Source: Balanoglossus misakiensis
Taxonomy: Eukaryota > Animalia > Hemichordata
DNA length: 64,000 nucleotides
Assembly: GCA_040954595.2 (NCBI GenBank)
Contig: CM082581.2
Location: forward strand, 1,480,699 to 1,544,698
Direction of reading: 5' to 3'
Shown: positions 39,911 to 54,900 of the stretch, piece by piece
How the letters are laid out: every line of letters starts with the position of its first letter
How positions within the stretch are numbered: position 1 is the first letter of the stretch
Translations under genes and position numbers: made by a program
Notes under the pieces: generated by a model
The model's database searches: none
What the model saw: the letters and a program-made list of their open reading frames with translations, nothing else
What the model was told of the DNA's origin: nothing

Positions 39911-42900
39911 ATGATTTTTTTCAAAAATCGACGAAATTTTGAGATTTTGCAAAGTCGAAAATTTGTCATTTTTTGATGATTTTCACCCGTTTTTTTTTCA
40001 AAAATCGACGAAATTTTGAGATTTTGCAGTCGAAAATTTGTCATTTTTTGATGATTTTCACCCATGATTTTTTCAAAATTGACGAAATTTTGAAATTTTG
40101 CAGTCGAAAATTTGTCATTTTTTGATCATTTTCCCCATGATTTTTTTCAAAAATCGACGAAATTTTGAGATTTTGCAAAGTCGAAAATTTGTCATTTTTT
40201 GATGATTTTCACCCTTGATTTTCTTCAAAAATCGACGAAATTTTGAGATTTTGCAAAGTCGAAAATTTGTCATTTTTTGATGATTTTCACCCATGATTTT
40301 TTTCAAAAATCGATGAAATTTTGAGATTTTGCAGTAAAAAAATTGTCATTATTTGATGATTTTCGACCATGATTTTTTTCAAAATTGACGAAATTTTGAG
40401 ATTTTGCAGTCGAAAATTTGTCATTTTTGATCATTTTCCCCCATGATTTTTTTTAAAAATCGACGAAATTTTCAGATTTTGCAAAGTCGAAAATTTGTTA
40501 TTTTTTCATGATTTTCACCCATGATTTTTTCAAAAATCGACGAAATTTTGAGATTTTGCAAAGTCGAAAATTTGTCATTTTTTGATGATTTTCACCCATG
40601 TCTTTTTTCAAAAATCGACGAAATTTTGAGATTTTGCAATGACAAATTTTGAAAAAAAAACGGGTGAAAATCATCAAAAAATGACACATTTTCCTCTGCA
40701 AAATCTCAAAATTTCGTCGTTTTTTGAAAAAAAATCATTGGTGAAAATCATCAAAAAATGACAAATTTTCGTCTTTGCAAAATCTCAAAATTTCGTCCAT
40801 TTTTGAAAAAAAATCATGGGTGAAAATCATCAAAAAATGACAAATTTTCGACTGCAAAATCTCAAAATTTCGTCGATTTTTGAAAAAAAATCATGGGTGA
40901 AAATCATCAAAAAATGACAAATTTTGAAAAAAAACGGGTGAAAATCATCAAAAAATGACACATTTTCGACTTTGCAAAATCTCAAAATTTCGTCCATTTT
41001 TGAAAAAAAATCATGGGGGAAAATCATCAAAAAATGACAAATTTTCGACTTTGCAAAATCTCAAAATTTCGTCGATTTTGAAAAAAACCATTGGGGGAAA
41101 ATCATCAAAAAATGACAAATTTTCGATTTTGCAAAATCTCAAAATTTCGTCGATTTTTGAAAAAAAATCATGGTTGAAAATCATCAAAAAATGACAAAAT
41201 TTTCGACTTTGCAAAATCACAAAATTTCGTCGATTTTGAAAAAAATCATAGGTTCGTCGATTTAAAAAAAAAAAAACATGGGTGAAAATCATCAAAAAAT
41301 GACACATTTTCGACTTTGCAAAATCTCAAAATTTCGTCGATTTTTGAAAAAAATCATGGGTGAAAATCATCAAAAAATGACAAATTTTCGACTTTGCAAA
41401 ATCTCAAAATTTCGTCGATTTTTGAAAAAAATCATGGGTGAAAATCATGAAAAAATGACAAATTTTGAAAAAAAAACGGGTGAAAATCATCAAAAAATGA
41501 CACATTTTCGACTTTGCAAAATCTCAAAATTTCGTCGATTTTTGAAAAAAAATCATGGGTGAAAACCATCAAAAAATGACAAATTTTCGACTTTGCAAAA
41601 TCTCAAAATTTCGTCGATTTTTGAAAAAAATCATGGGTGAAAATCATCAAAAAATGACAAATTTTCGACTTTGCAAAATCTCAAAATTTCGTCGATTTTT
41701 GAAGAAAATCATGGGTGAAAATCATCAAAAAATGACAAATTTTCGACTTTGCAAAATCTCAAAATTTCGTCGATTTTTGAAAAAAATCATGGGGGAAAAT
41801 CATCAAAAAATTACAAATTTTCGACTGCAAAATCTCAAAATTTCGTCGATTTTTGAAAAAATCATGGGTGAAAATCATGAAAAAATGACAAATTTTCGAC
41901 TTTGCAAAATCTGAAAATTTCGTCGATTTTTGAAAAAAATCATGGGGGAAAATGATCAAAAAATGACAAATTTTCGACTGCAAAATCTCAAAATTTCGTC
42001 AATTTTGAAAAAAATCATGGGTGAAAATCATCAAAAAATGACAATTTTTTTACTGCAAAATCTCAAAATTTCATCGATTTTTGAAAAAAATCATGGGTGA
42101 AAATCATCAAAAAATGACAAATTTTCGACTTTGCAAAATCTCAAAATTTTGCCAATTTTGAAAAAATCATGGGTCAAAATCATCAAAAAATGACAAATTT
42201 TTTACAATCGACGAAATTTTGAGATTTTGCAAAGTCGAAAATGTGTCATTTTTTGATGATTTTCACCCGTTTTTTTTTCAAAATTTGTCATTTTTTCATG
42301 ATTTTCACCCATGATTTTTTTCAAAAATCGACGAAATTTTGTGATTTTGCAAAGTCGAAAATTTTGTCATTTTTTGATGATTTTCAACCATGATTTTTTT
42401 TCAAAAATCGACGAAATTTTGTGATTTTACAAAGTCGAAAATTTTGTCATTTTTTGATGATTTTCAACCATGATTTTTTTTCAAAAATCGACGAAAATTT
42501 GAGATTTTGCAAAGACGAAAATTTGTCATTTTTGATGATTTTTACCCATGATTTTTTTTCAAAAATGGACGAAATTTTGAGATTTTGCAAAGACGAAAAT
42601 TTGTCATTTTTTGATGATTTTCACCCATGATTTTTTTTCAAAAATCGACGAAATTTTGAGATTTTGCAAAGTCGTAAATGTGTCATTTTTTGATGATTTT
42701 CACCAGTTTTTTTTTCAAAATTTGTCATTTTTTCATGATTTTCCCCCATGATTTTTTTCAAAAATCGACGAAAATTTGAGATTTTGCAAAGACGAAAATT
42801 TGTCATTTTTGTTGATTTTTACCCATGATTTTTTTTCAAAAATGGACGAAATTTTGAGATTTTGCAAAGACGAAAATTTGTCATTTTTTGATGATTTTCA

Positions 42901-45900
42901 CCCATGATTTTTTTTCAAAAATCGACGAAATTTTGAGATTTTGCAAAGTCGTAAATGTGTCATTTTTTGATGATTTTCACCAGTTTTTTTTTCAAAATTT
43001 GTCATTTTTTCATGATTTTCCCCCATGATTTTTTTCAAAAATCGACGAAAATTTGAGATTTTGCAAAGACGAAAATTTGTCATTTTTGATGATTTTTACC
43101 CATGATTTTTTTTCAAAAATGGACGAAATTTTGAGATTTTGCAAAGACGAAAATTTGTCATTTTTTGATGATTTTCACCCATGATTTTTTTTCAAAAAAC
43201 GACGAAATTTTGAGATTTTGCAAAGAGGAAAATTTGTCATTTTTTGATGATTTTCACCCGTTTTTTTTCAAAATTTGTCATTTTTTGATGATTTTCACCC
43301 ATGATTTTTTTTCAAAAATCGACGAAATTTTGAGATTTTGCAAAGTCGAAAATGTGTCATTTTTTGATGATTTTCACCCATGATTTTTTTCAAAAATCGA
43401 CGAAATTTTGAGATTTTGCGAAGTCGAAAATTTGTCATTTTTTGATGATTTTCACCCATGATTTTTTTCAAAAATCGACGAAATGTTGAGATTTTGCAAA
43501 GTCGAAAATTTGTCATTTTTTGATGATTTTCACCCATGATTTTTTTCAAAAATCGACGAAATGTTGAGATTTTGCAAAGAGGAAAATTTGTCATTTTTTC
43601 ATGATTTTCCCCCATGATTTTTTTCAAAAATCGACGAAATTTTGAGATTTTGCAAAGTCGACGAAAATGTGTCATTTTTTGATGATTTTCAACCGTTTTT
43701 TTTCAAAATTTGTCATTTTTTGATGATTTTCACCCATGTTTTTTTTTTAAAAAATCGACGAACCTATGATTTTTTTCAAAATCGACGAAATTTTGTGATT
43801 TTGCAAAGTCGAAAATTTTGTCATTTTTTGATGATTTTCAACCATGATTTTTTTTCAAAAATCGACGAAATTTTGAGATTTTGCAAAATCGAAAATTTGT
43901 CATTTTTTGATGATTTTCCCCCAATGGTTTTTTTCAAAATCGACGAAATTTTGAGATTTTGCAAAGTCGAAAATTTGTCATTTTTTGATGATTTTCCCCC
44001 ATGATTTTTTTTCAAAAATGGACGAAATTTTGAGATTTTGCAAAGACGAAAATTTGTCATTTTTTGATGATTTTCACCCATGATTTTTTTTCAAAAATCG
44101 ACGAAATTTTCAGATTTTGCAAAGTCGAAAATGTGTCATTTTTTGATGATTTTCACCCGTTTTTTTTCAAAATTTGTCATTTTTTGATGATTTTCACCCA
44201 TGATTTTTTTTCAAAAATCGACGAAATTTTGAGATTTTGCAAAGTCGAAAATGTGTCATTTTTTGATGATTTTTACCCATGATTTTTTTTCAAAAATGGA
44301 CGAAATTTTGAGATTTTGCAAAGACGAAAATTTGTCATTTTTTGATGATTTTCACCCATGATTTTTTTTCAAAAAACGACGAAATTTTGAGATTTTGCAA
44401 AGAGGAAAATTTGTCATTTTTTCATGATTTTCCCCCATGATTTTTTTCAAAAATCGACGAAAATTTGAGATTTTGCAAAGACGAAAATTTGTCATTTTTG
44501 ATGATTTTTACCCATGATTTTTTTTCAAAAATGGACGAAATTTTGAGATTTTGCAAAGACGAAAATTTGTCATTTTTTGATGATTTTCACCAATGATTTT
44601 TTTTCAAAAAACGACGAAATTTTGAGATTTTGCAAAGTCGAAAATTTGTCATTTTTTGATGATTTTCACCCATGATTTTTTTCAAAAATCGACGAAATGT
44701 TGAGATTTTGCAAAGTCGAAAATTTTGTCATTTTTTGATGATTTTCAACCATGATTTTTTTTCAAAAATCGACGAAATTTTGAGATTTTGCAAAGTCGAA
44801 AATGTGTCATTTTTTGATGATTTTCACCCATGATTTTTTTCAAAAATCGACGAAATTTTGAGATTTTGCGAAGTCGAAAATTTGTCATTTTTTGATGATT
44901 TTCACCCATGATTTTTTTCAAAAATCGACGAAATGTTGAGATTTTGCAAAGTCGAAAATTTGTCATTTTTTGATGATTTTCACCCATGATTTTTTTCAAA
45001 AATCGACGAAATGTTGAGATTTTGCAAAGTCGAAAATTTTGTCATTTTTTGATGATTTTCAACCATGATTTTTTTCAAAAATCGACTAAATGTTGAGATT
45101 TTGCAAAGTCGAAAATGTGTCATTTTTTGATGATTTTCACCCGTTTTTTTTTTTCAAAATTTGTCATTTTTTCATGATTTTCACCCATGATTTTTTTCAA
45201 AAATCGACGAAATTTTGTGATTTTGCAAAGTCGAAAATTTTGTCATTTTTTGATGATTTTCAACCATGATTTTTTTCAAAAATCGACGAAATTTTGTGAT
45301 TTTACAAAGTCGAAAATTTTGTCATTTTTTGATGATTTTCAACCATGATTTTTTTTCAAAAATCGACGAAAATTTGAGATTTTGCAAAGACGAAAATTTG
45401 TCATTTTTGATGATTTTTACCCATGATTTTTTTTCAAAAATGGACGAAATTTTGAGATTTTGCAAAGACGAAAATTTGTCATTTTTTGATGATTTTCACC
45501 CATGATTTTTTTTCAAAAATCGACGAAATTTTGAGATTTTGCAAAGTCGTAAATGTGTCATTTTTTGATGATTTTCACCAGTTTTTTTTTTCAAAATTTG
45601 TCATTTTTTCATGATTTTCCCCCATGATTTTTTTCAAAAATCGACGAAAATTTGAGATTTTGCAAAGACGAAAATTTGTCATTTTTGATGATTTTTACCC
45701 ATGATTTTTTTTTTAAATGGACGAAATTTTGAGATTTGCAAAGACGAAAATTTGTTATTTTTTGATGATTTTCACCCATGATTTTTTCAAAAATTGACGA
45801 AATTTTGAGATTTTGCAAAGTCGAAAATTTGTCATTTTTTGATGATTTTCACACATGATTTTTTTCAAAAATCGACGAAATTGTGAGATTTTGCAAAGAC

Positions 45901-48900
45901 GAAAATTTGTCATTTTTTGATGATTTTTACCCATGATTTTTTTTCAAAAATGGACGAAATTTTGAGGTTTTGCAAAGTCGAAAATTTGTTATTTTTTGAT
46001 GATTTTCACCCATGTCTTTTTTTAAAAATCGACGAAATTTTGAGATTTTGCAAAGAGGAAAATTTGTCATTTTTTCATGATTTTCCCCCATGATTTTTTT
46101 CAAAAATCGACGAAATTTTGAGATTTTGCAAAGTCGACGAAAATGTGTCATTTTTTGATGATTTTCACCCGTTTTTTTTCAAAATTTGTCATTTTTTGAT
46201 GATTTTCACCCATGTTTTTTTTTTAAAAAATCGACGAACCTATGATTTTTTTCAAAATCGACGAAATTTTGTGATTTTACAAAGTCGAAAATTTTGTCAT
46301 TTTTTGATGATTTTCAACCATGATTTTTTTTCAAAAATTGACGAAAATTTGAGATTTTGCAAAGACAAAAATTTGTCATTTTTGATGATTTTTACCCATG
46401 ATTTTTTTTCAAAAATCGACCAAATTTTGAGATTTTGCAAAGAGGAAAATTTGTCATTTTTTCATGATTTTCCCCCATGATTTTTTTCAAAAATCGACGA
46501 AATTTTGTGATTTTACAAAGTCGAAAATTTTGTCATTTTTTGATGATTTTCAACCATGATTTTTTTTCAAAAATCGACGAAAATTTGAGATTTTGCAAAG
46601 ACGAAAATTTGTCATTTTTGATGATTTTTACCCATGATTTTTTTTCAAAAATGGACGAAATTTTGAGATTTTGCAAAGACGAAAATTTGTCATTTTTTGA
46701 TGATTTTCACCAATGATTTTTTTTCAAAAAACGACGAAATTTTGAGATTTTGCAGAGGAAAATGTGTCATTTTTTGATGATTTTCACCCGTTTTTTTTTT
46801 CAAAATTTGTCATTTTTTGATGATTTTCTCCCATGATTTTTTTCAAAAATTGACGAAATTTTGAGATTTTGCAAAGTCGAAAATTTGTCATTTTTTGATG
46901 ATTTTCACCCATGAATTTTTTCAAAAATCGACGAAATTTTGAGATTTTGCAAAGTCGAAAATTTGTCATTTTTTGATGATTTTCCCCCATGTTTTTTTTT
47001 TTAAATGGACGAAATTTTGAGATTTTGCAAAGACGAAAATTTGTTATTTTTTGATGATTTTCACCCATGATTTTTTCAAAAATTGACGAAATTTTGAGAT
47101 TTTGCAAAGTCGAAAATTTGTCATTTTTTGATGATTTTCACACATGATTTTTTTCAAAAATCGACGAAATTGTGAGATTTTGCAAAGACGAAAATTTGTC
47201 ATTTTTTGATGATTTTTACCCATGATTTTTTTTCAAAAATGGACGAAATTTTGAGGTTTTGCAAAGTCGAAAATTTGTTATTTTTTGATGATTTTCACCC
47301 ATGTCTTTTTTTAAAAATCGACGAAATTTTGAGATTTTGCAAAGTCGAAAATGTGTCATTTTTTGATGATTTTCACCCGTTTTTTTCAAAATTTGTCATT
47401 TTTTGATGATTTTCACCCATGTTTTTTTTTTAAAAAATCGACGAACCTATGATTTTTTTCAAAATCGACGAAATTTTGTGATTTTACAAAGTCGAAAATT
47501 TTGTCATTTTTTGATGATTTTCAACCATGATTTTTTTTCAAAAATTGACGAAAATTTGAGATTTTGCAAAGACAAAAATTTGTCATTTTTGATGATTTTT
47601 ACCCATGATTTTTTTTCAAAAATCGACGAAATTTTGAGATTTTGCAAAGAGGAAAATTTGTCATTTTTTCATGATTTTCCCCCATGATTTTTTTCAAAAA
47701 TCGACGAAATTTTGTGATTTTACAAAGTCGAAAATTTTGTCATTTTTTGATGATTTTCAACCATGATTTTTTTTCAAAAATCGACGAAAATTTGAGATTT
47801 TGCAAAGACGAAAATTTGTCATTTTTGATGATTTTTACCCATGATTTTTTTTCAAAAATGGACGAAATTTTGAGATTTTGCAAAGACGAAAATTTGTCAT
47901 TTTTTGATGATTTTCACCCATGATTTTTTTTCAAAAATCGACGAAATTTTGAGATTTTGCAAAGTCGTAAATGTGTCATTTTTTGATGATTTTCACCAGT
48001 TTTTTTTTTCAAAATTTGTCATTTTTCATGATTTTCCCCCATGATTTTTTTCAAAAATCGACGAAAATTTGAGATTTTGCAATGACGAAAATTTGTCATT
48101 TTTGATGATTTTTACCCATGATTTTTTTTCAAAAATGGACGAAATTTTGAGATTTTGCAAAGACGAAAATTTGTCATTTTTTGATGATTTTCACCCATGA
48201 TTTTTTTTCAAAAAACGACGAAATTTTGATATTTTGCAAAGAGGAGAATTTGTCATTTTTTCATGATTTTCCCCCATGATTTTTTTCAAAAATCGACGAA
48301 AATTTGAGATTTTGCAAAGACGAAAATTTGTCATTTTTTGATGATTTTCACCCATGATTTTCTTCAAAAATCGACGAAATTTTGAGATTTTGCAAAGTCG
48401 AAAATTTGTCATTTTTTGATGATTTTCACCTATGATTTTTTTCAAAAATCAACAAAATTTTGAGATTTTGCAAAGAGGAAAATTTGTCATTTTTTTCATG
48501 ATTTTCCCCCATGATTTTTTTCAAAAATCGACGAAATTTTGAGATTTTGCAAAGTCGACGAAAATGTGTCATTTTTTGATGATTTTCACCCGTTTTTTTT
48601 TCAAAAATCGACGAAATTTTGAGATTTTGCAAAATCGAAAATTTGTCATTTTTTGATGATTTTCACCCATGATTTTTTTTCAAAAATCGACGAAATTTTG
48701 AGATTTTGCAAAGTCGTAAATGTGTCATTTTTTGATGATTTTCACCCGGTTTTTTTTCAAAAATCGACGAAATTTTGAGATTTTGCAAAGTCGTAAATGT
48801 GTCATTTTTTGATGATTTTCACCCGTTTTTTTTTCAAAATTTGTCATTTTTTGATGATTTTCACCCATGATTTTCTTCAAAAATCGACGAAATTTTGAGA

Positions 48901-51900
48901 TTTTGCAAAGTCGAAAATTTGTCATTTTTTGATGATTTTCACCTATGATTTTTTTCAAAAATCAACAAAATTTTGAGATTTTGCAAAGTCGAAAATTTGT
49001 CATTTTTTGATGATTTTCACCGATGATTTTTTTCAACAATCGAAAAATATTTTGAGATTTTGCAAAGTCGAAAATTTGTCATTTTTTGATGATTTTCACC
49101 CATGATTTTCTTCAAAAATCGACGAAATTTTGAGATTTTGCAAAGTCGAAAATTTGTCATTTTTTTGATGATTTTCACCCATGATTTTTTTCAAAAATCG
49201 ACGAAATTTTGAGATTTTGCAAAGTCGAAAATTTGTCATTTTTTGATGATTTTCACCCATGATTTTTTTCAAAATTGACGAAATTTTGAGATTTTGCAAA
49301 GTCGAAAATTTCTCATTTTTTGGTGCATTTTCACCCATGATTTTTTTTCAAAAATCGACGAAATTGTGAGATTTTGCAAAGTCGAAAATTTGTCATTTTT
49401 TGATGATTTTCACCCATGATTTTTATTCAAAATTGACGAAATTTTGAGATTTTGCAAAGTCGAAAATTTGTCATTTTTTCATGATTTTCCCCCATGATTT
49501 TTTCAAAAATCGACGAAATTTTGAGATTTTGCAAAGTCGTAAATGTGTCATTTTTTGATGATTTTCACCCGTTTTTTTTTTTAAATTTGTCATTTTTTGA
49601 TGATTTTCACCCATGTTTTTTTTTAAAAAATCAACGAAATTTTGAGATTTTGCAAAGTCGAAAATTTGTCATTTTTTTGATGATTTTCACCCATGATTTT
49701 TTTCAAAAATCGACGAAATTTTGAGATTTTGCAAAGTCGAAAATTTGTCATTTTTGATGATTTTCAACCATGATTTTTTTCAAAAATCGACTAAATGTTG
49801 AGATTTTGCAAAGTCGAAAATGTGTCATTTTTTGATGATTTTCACTCGTTTTTTTTTCAAAATTTGTCATTTTTTCATGATTTTCACCCATGATTTTTTT
49901 CAAAAATCGACGAAATTTTGTGATTTTGCAAAGTCGAAAATTTTGTCATTTTTTGATGATTTTCAACCATGATTTTTTTCAAAAATCGACGAAATTTTGT
50001 GATTTTACAAAGTCGAAAATTTTGTCATTTTTTGATGATTTTCAACCATGATTTTTTTTCAAAAATCGACGAAAATTTGAGATTTTGCAAAGACGAAAAT
50101 TTGTCATTTTTGATGATTTTTACCCATGATTTTTTTTCAAAAATGGACAATTTTGAGATTTTGCAAAGACGAAAATTTGTCATTTTTTGATGATTTTCAC
50201 CCATGATTTTTTTTCAAAAATCGACGAAATTTTGAGATTTTGCAAAGTCGTAAATGTGTCATTTTTTGATGATTTTCACCAGTTTTTTTTTTCAAAATTT
50301 GTCATTTTTTCATGATTTTCCCCCATGATTTTTTTCAAAAATCGACGAAAATTTGAGATTTTGCAAAGACGAAAATTTGTCATTTTTGATGATTTTTACC
50401 CATGATTTTTTTTCAAAAATGGACGAAATTTTGAGATTTTGCAAAGACGAAAATTTGTCATTTTTTGATGATTTTCACCCATGATTTTTTTTCAAAAAAC
50501 GACGAAATTTTGAGATTTTGCAAAGAGGAAAATTTGTCATTTTTTCATGATTTTCCCCCATGATTTTTTTCAAAAATCGACGAAAATTTGAGATTTTGCA
50601 AAGACGAAAATTTGTCATTTTTGATGATTTTTACCCATGATTTTTTTTTCAAAAATGGACGAAATTTTGAGATTTTGCAAAGACGAAAATTTGTCATTTT
50701 TTGATGATTTTCACCAATGATTTTTTTTTCAAAAAACGACGAAATTTTGAGATTTTGCAGAGGAAAATGTGTCATTTTTTGATGATTTTCACCCGTTTTT
50801 TTTTTTCAAAATTTGTCATTTTTTGATGATTTTCTCCCATGATTTTTTCAAAAATTGACGAAATTTTGAGATTTTGCAAAGTCGAAAATTTGTCATTTTT
50901 TGATGATTTTCACCCATGATTTTTTTCAAAAATCGACGAAATTTTGAGATTTTGCAAAGTCGAAAATTTGTCATTTTTGATGATTTTCCCCCATGTTTTT
51001 TTTTTTTAAATGGACGAAATTTTGAGATTTTGCAAAGACGAAAATTTGTTATTTTTTGATGATTTTCACCCATGATTTTTTCAAAAATTGACGAAATTTT
51101 GAGATTTTGCAAAGTCGAAATTTGTCATTTTTTGATGATTTTCACACATGATTTTTTTCAAAAATCGACGAAATTGTGAGATTTTGCAAAGACGAAAATT
51201 TGTCATTTTTTGATGATTTTTACCCATGATTTTTTTTCAAAAATGGACGAAATTTTGAGGTTTTGCAAAGTCGAAAATTTGTTATTTTTTGATGATTTTC
51301 ACCCATGTCTTTTTTTAAAATCGACGAAATTTTGAGATTTTGCAAAGAGGAAAATTTGTCATTTTTTCATGATTTTCCCCCATGATTTTTTTCAAAAATC
51401 GACGAAATTTTGAGATTTTGCAAAGTCGACGAAAATGTGTCATTTTTTGATGATTTTCACCCGTTTTTTTTCAAAATTTGTCATTTTTTGATGATTTTCA
51501 CCCATGTTTTTTTTTTAAAAAATCGACGAACCTATGATTTTTTTCAAAATCGACGAAATTTTGTGATTTTACAAAGTCGAAAATTTTGTCATTTTTTGAT
51601 GATTTTCAACCATGATTTTTTTTCAAAAATTGACGAAAATTTGAGATTTTGCAAAGACAAAAATTTGTCATTTTTGATGATTTTTACCCATGATTTTTTT
51701 TCAAAAATCGACGAAATTTTGAGATTTTGCAAAGAGGAAAATTTGTCATTTTTTCATGATTTTCCCCCATGATTTTTTTCAAAAATCGACGAAATTTTGT
51801 GATTTTACAAAGTCGAAAATTTTGTCATTTTTTTATGATTTTCAACCATGATTTTTTTTCAAAAATCGACGAAAATTTGAGATTTTGCAAAGACGAAAAT

Positions 51901-54900
51901 TTGTCATTTTTGATGATTTTTACCCATGATTTTTTTTCAAAAATGGACGAAATTTTGAGATTTTGCAAAGACGAAAATTTGTCATTTTTTGATGATTTTC
52001 ACCCATGATTTTTTTTCAAAAATCGACGAAATTTTGAGATTTTGCAAAGTCGTAAATGTGTCATTTTTTGATGATTTTCACCAGTTTTTTTTTTCAAAAT
52101 TTGTCATTTTTCATGATTTTCCCCCATGATTTTTTTCAAAAATCGACGAAAATTTCAGATTTTGCAATGACGAAAATTTGTCATTTTTGATGATTTTTAC
52201 CCATGATTTTTTTTCAAAAATGGACGAAATTTTGAGATTTTGCAAAGACGAAAATTTGTCATTTTTTGATGATTTTCACCCATGATTTTTTTTCAAAAAA
52301 CGACGAAATTTTGATATTTTGCAAAGAGGAAAATTTGTCATTTTTTCATGATTTTCACCCATGATTTTTTTCAAAAATCGACGAAATTTTGAGATTTTGC
52401 AAAGAGGAAAATTTGTCATTTTTTCATGATTTTCCCCCATGATTTTTTTCAAAAATCGACGAAAATTTGAGATTTTGCAAAGACGAAAATTTGTCATTTT
52501 TGATGATTTTTTACCCATGATTTTTTTTCAAAAAATGGACGAAATTTTGAGATTTTGCAAAGACGAAAATTTGTCATTTTTTGATGATTTTCACCAATGA
52601 TTTTTTTTCAAAAAACGACGAAATTTTGAGATTTTGCAGAGGAAAATGTGTCATTTTTTGATGATTTTCACCCGTTTTTTTTTTTTCAAAATTTGTCATT
52701 TTTTGATGATTTTCACCCATGATTTTTTAAAAAATTGACGAAATGTTGAGATTTTGCAAAAGTCGAAAATTTTTCATTTTTTGATGATTTCACCCGTGAT
52801 TTTTTTCAAAAATGGACGAAATTTTGAGATTTTGCAAAGACGAAAATTTGTCATTTTTTGATGATTTCACCCATGATTTTTTCAAAAATCGACGAAATTT
52901 TGATATTTTGCAAAGAGGAGAATTTGTCATTTTTTCATGATTTTCCCCCATGATTTTTTTCAAAATCGACGAAATTTTGAGATTTTGCAAAGTCGAAAAT
53001 TTTGTCATTTTTTGATGATTTTCAACCATGATTTTTTTCAAAAATCGACGAAAATTTGAGATTTTGCAAAGATGAAAATTTGTCATTTTTTGATGATTTT
53101 TACCCATATTTTTTTTTCAGAAATGGACGAAATTTTGAGATTTTGCAAAGACGAAAATTTGTCATTTTTTGATGATTTTCACCCATGATTTTTTTTCAAA
53201 AATTGACGAAATTTTGAGATTTTGCAAAGTCGAAAATGTGTCATTTTTTGATGATTTTCACCCATGTCTTTTTTTAAAAATCGACGAAATTTTGAGATTT
53301 TGCAAAGAGGAAAATTTGTCATTTTTTCATGATTTTCCCCCATGATTTTTTTCAAAAATCGACGAAATTTTGAGATTTTGCAAAGTCGACGAAAATGTGT
53401 CATTTTTTGATGATTTTCACCCGTTTTTTTTTCAAAATTTGTCATTTTTTGATGATTTTCACCCATGTTTTTTTTTTAAAAAATCGACGAACCTATGATT
53501 TTTTTCAAAATCGACGAAATTTTGTGATTTTACAAAGTCGAAAATTTTGTCATTTTTTGATGATTTTCAACCATGATTTTTTTTCAAAAATTGACGAAAA
53601 TTTGAGATTTTGCAAAGACAAAAATTTGTCATTTTTGATGATTTTTACCCATGATTTTTTTTCAAAAATCGACGAAATTTTGAGATTTTGCAAAGAGGAA
53701 AATTTGTCATTTTTTCATGATTTTCACCCATGATTTTTTTCAAAAATCGACGAAATTTTGAGATTTTGCAAAGAGGAAAATTTGTCATTTTTTCATGATT
53801 TTCCCCATGATTTTTTCAAAAATCGACGAAAATTTGAGATTTTGCAAAGACGAAAATTTGTCATTTTTGATGATTTTTACCCATGATTTTTTTTCAAAAA
53901 TGGACGAAATTTTGAGATTTTGCAAAGACGAAAATTTGTCATTTTTTGATGATTTTCACCAATGATTTTTTTTCAAAAACGACGAAATTTTGAGATTTTG
54001 CAGAGGAAAATGTGTCATTTTTGATGATTTTCACCCGTTTTTTTTTTTTTCAAAATTTGTCATTTTTTGATGATTTTCACCCATGATTTTTTAAAAAATT
54101 GACGGAAATGTTGAGATTTTGCAAAGTCGAAAATTTTTCATTTTTTGATGATTTTCACCCGTGATTTTTTTCAAAAATGGACGAAATTTTGAGATTTTTG
54201 CAAAGACGAAAATTTGTCATTTTTTGATGATTTTCACCCATGATTTTTTTTCAAAAATCGACGAAATTTTGATATTTTGCAAAGAGGAGAATTTGTCATT
54301 TTTTCATGATTTTCCCCCCATGATTTTTTTCAAAAATCGACGAAATTTTGAGATTTTGCAAAGTCGAAAATTTTGTCATTTTTTGATGATTTTCAACCAT
54401 GATTTTTTTTCAAAAATCGACGAAAATTTGAGATTTTGCAAAGATGAAAATTTGTCATTTTTGATGATTTTTACCCATATTTTTTTTCAGAAATGGACGA
54501 AATTTTGAGATTTTGCAAAGACGAAAATTTGTCATTTTTTGATGATTTTCACCCATGATTTTTTTTCAAAAATTGACGAAAATTTTGAGATTTTGCAGAG
54601 GAAAATGTGTCATTTTTTGATGATTTTCACCCGTTTTTTTTTTTTCAAATTTGTCATTTTTTGATGATTTTCACCCATGATTTTTTAAAAAATTGACGAA
54701 ATGTTGAGATTTTGCAAAGTCGAAAATTTTCATTTTTTGATGATTTTCACCCGTGATTTTTTTCAAAAATGGACGAAATTTTGAGATTTTGCAAAGACGA
54801 AAATTTGTCATTTTTTGATGATTTTCACCCATGATTTTTTTTCAAAAATCGACGAAATTTTGATATTTTGCAAAGAGGAGAATTTGTCATTTTTTCATGA

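Noticed and set aside
40920-40940. CENP-B-box-like TTTG(A)nCGGG in short satellite variants
   Set aside because: Lacks the TTCG core, and the A-run length varies; low-complexity chance match
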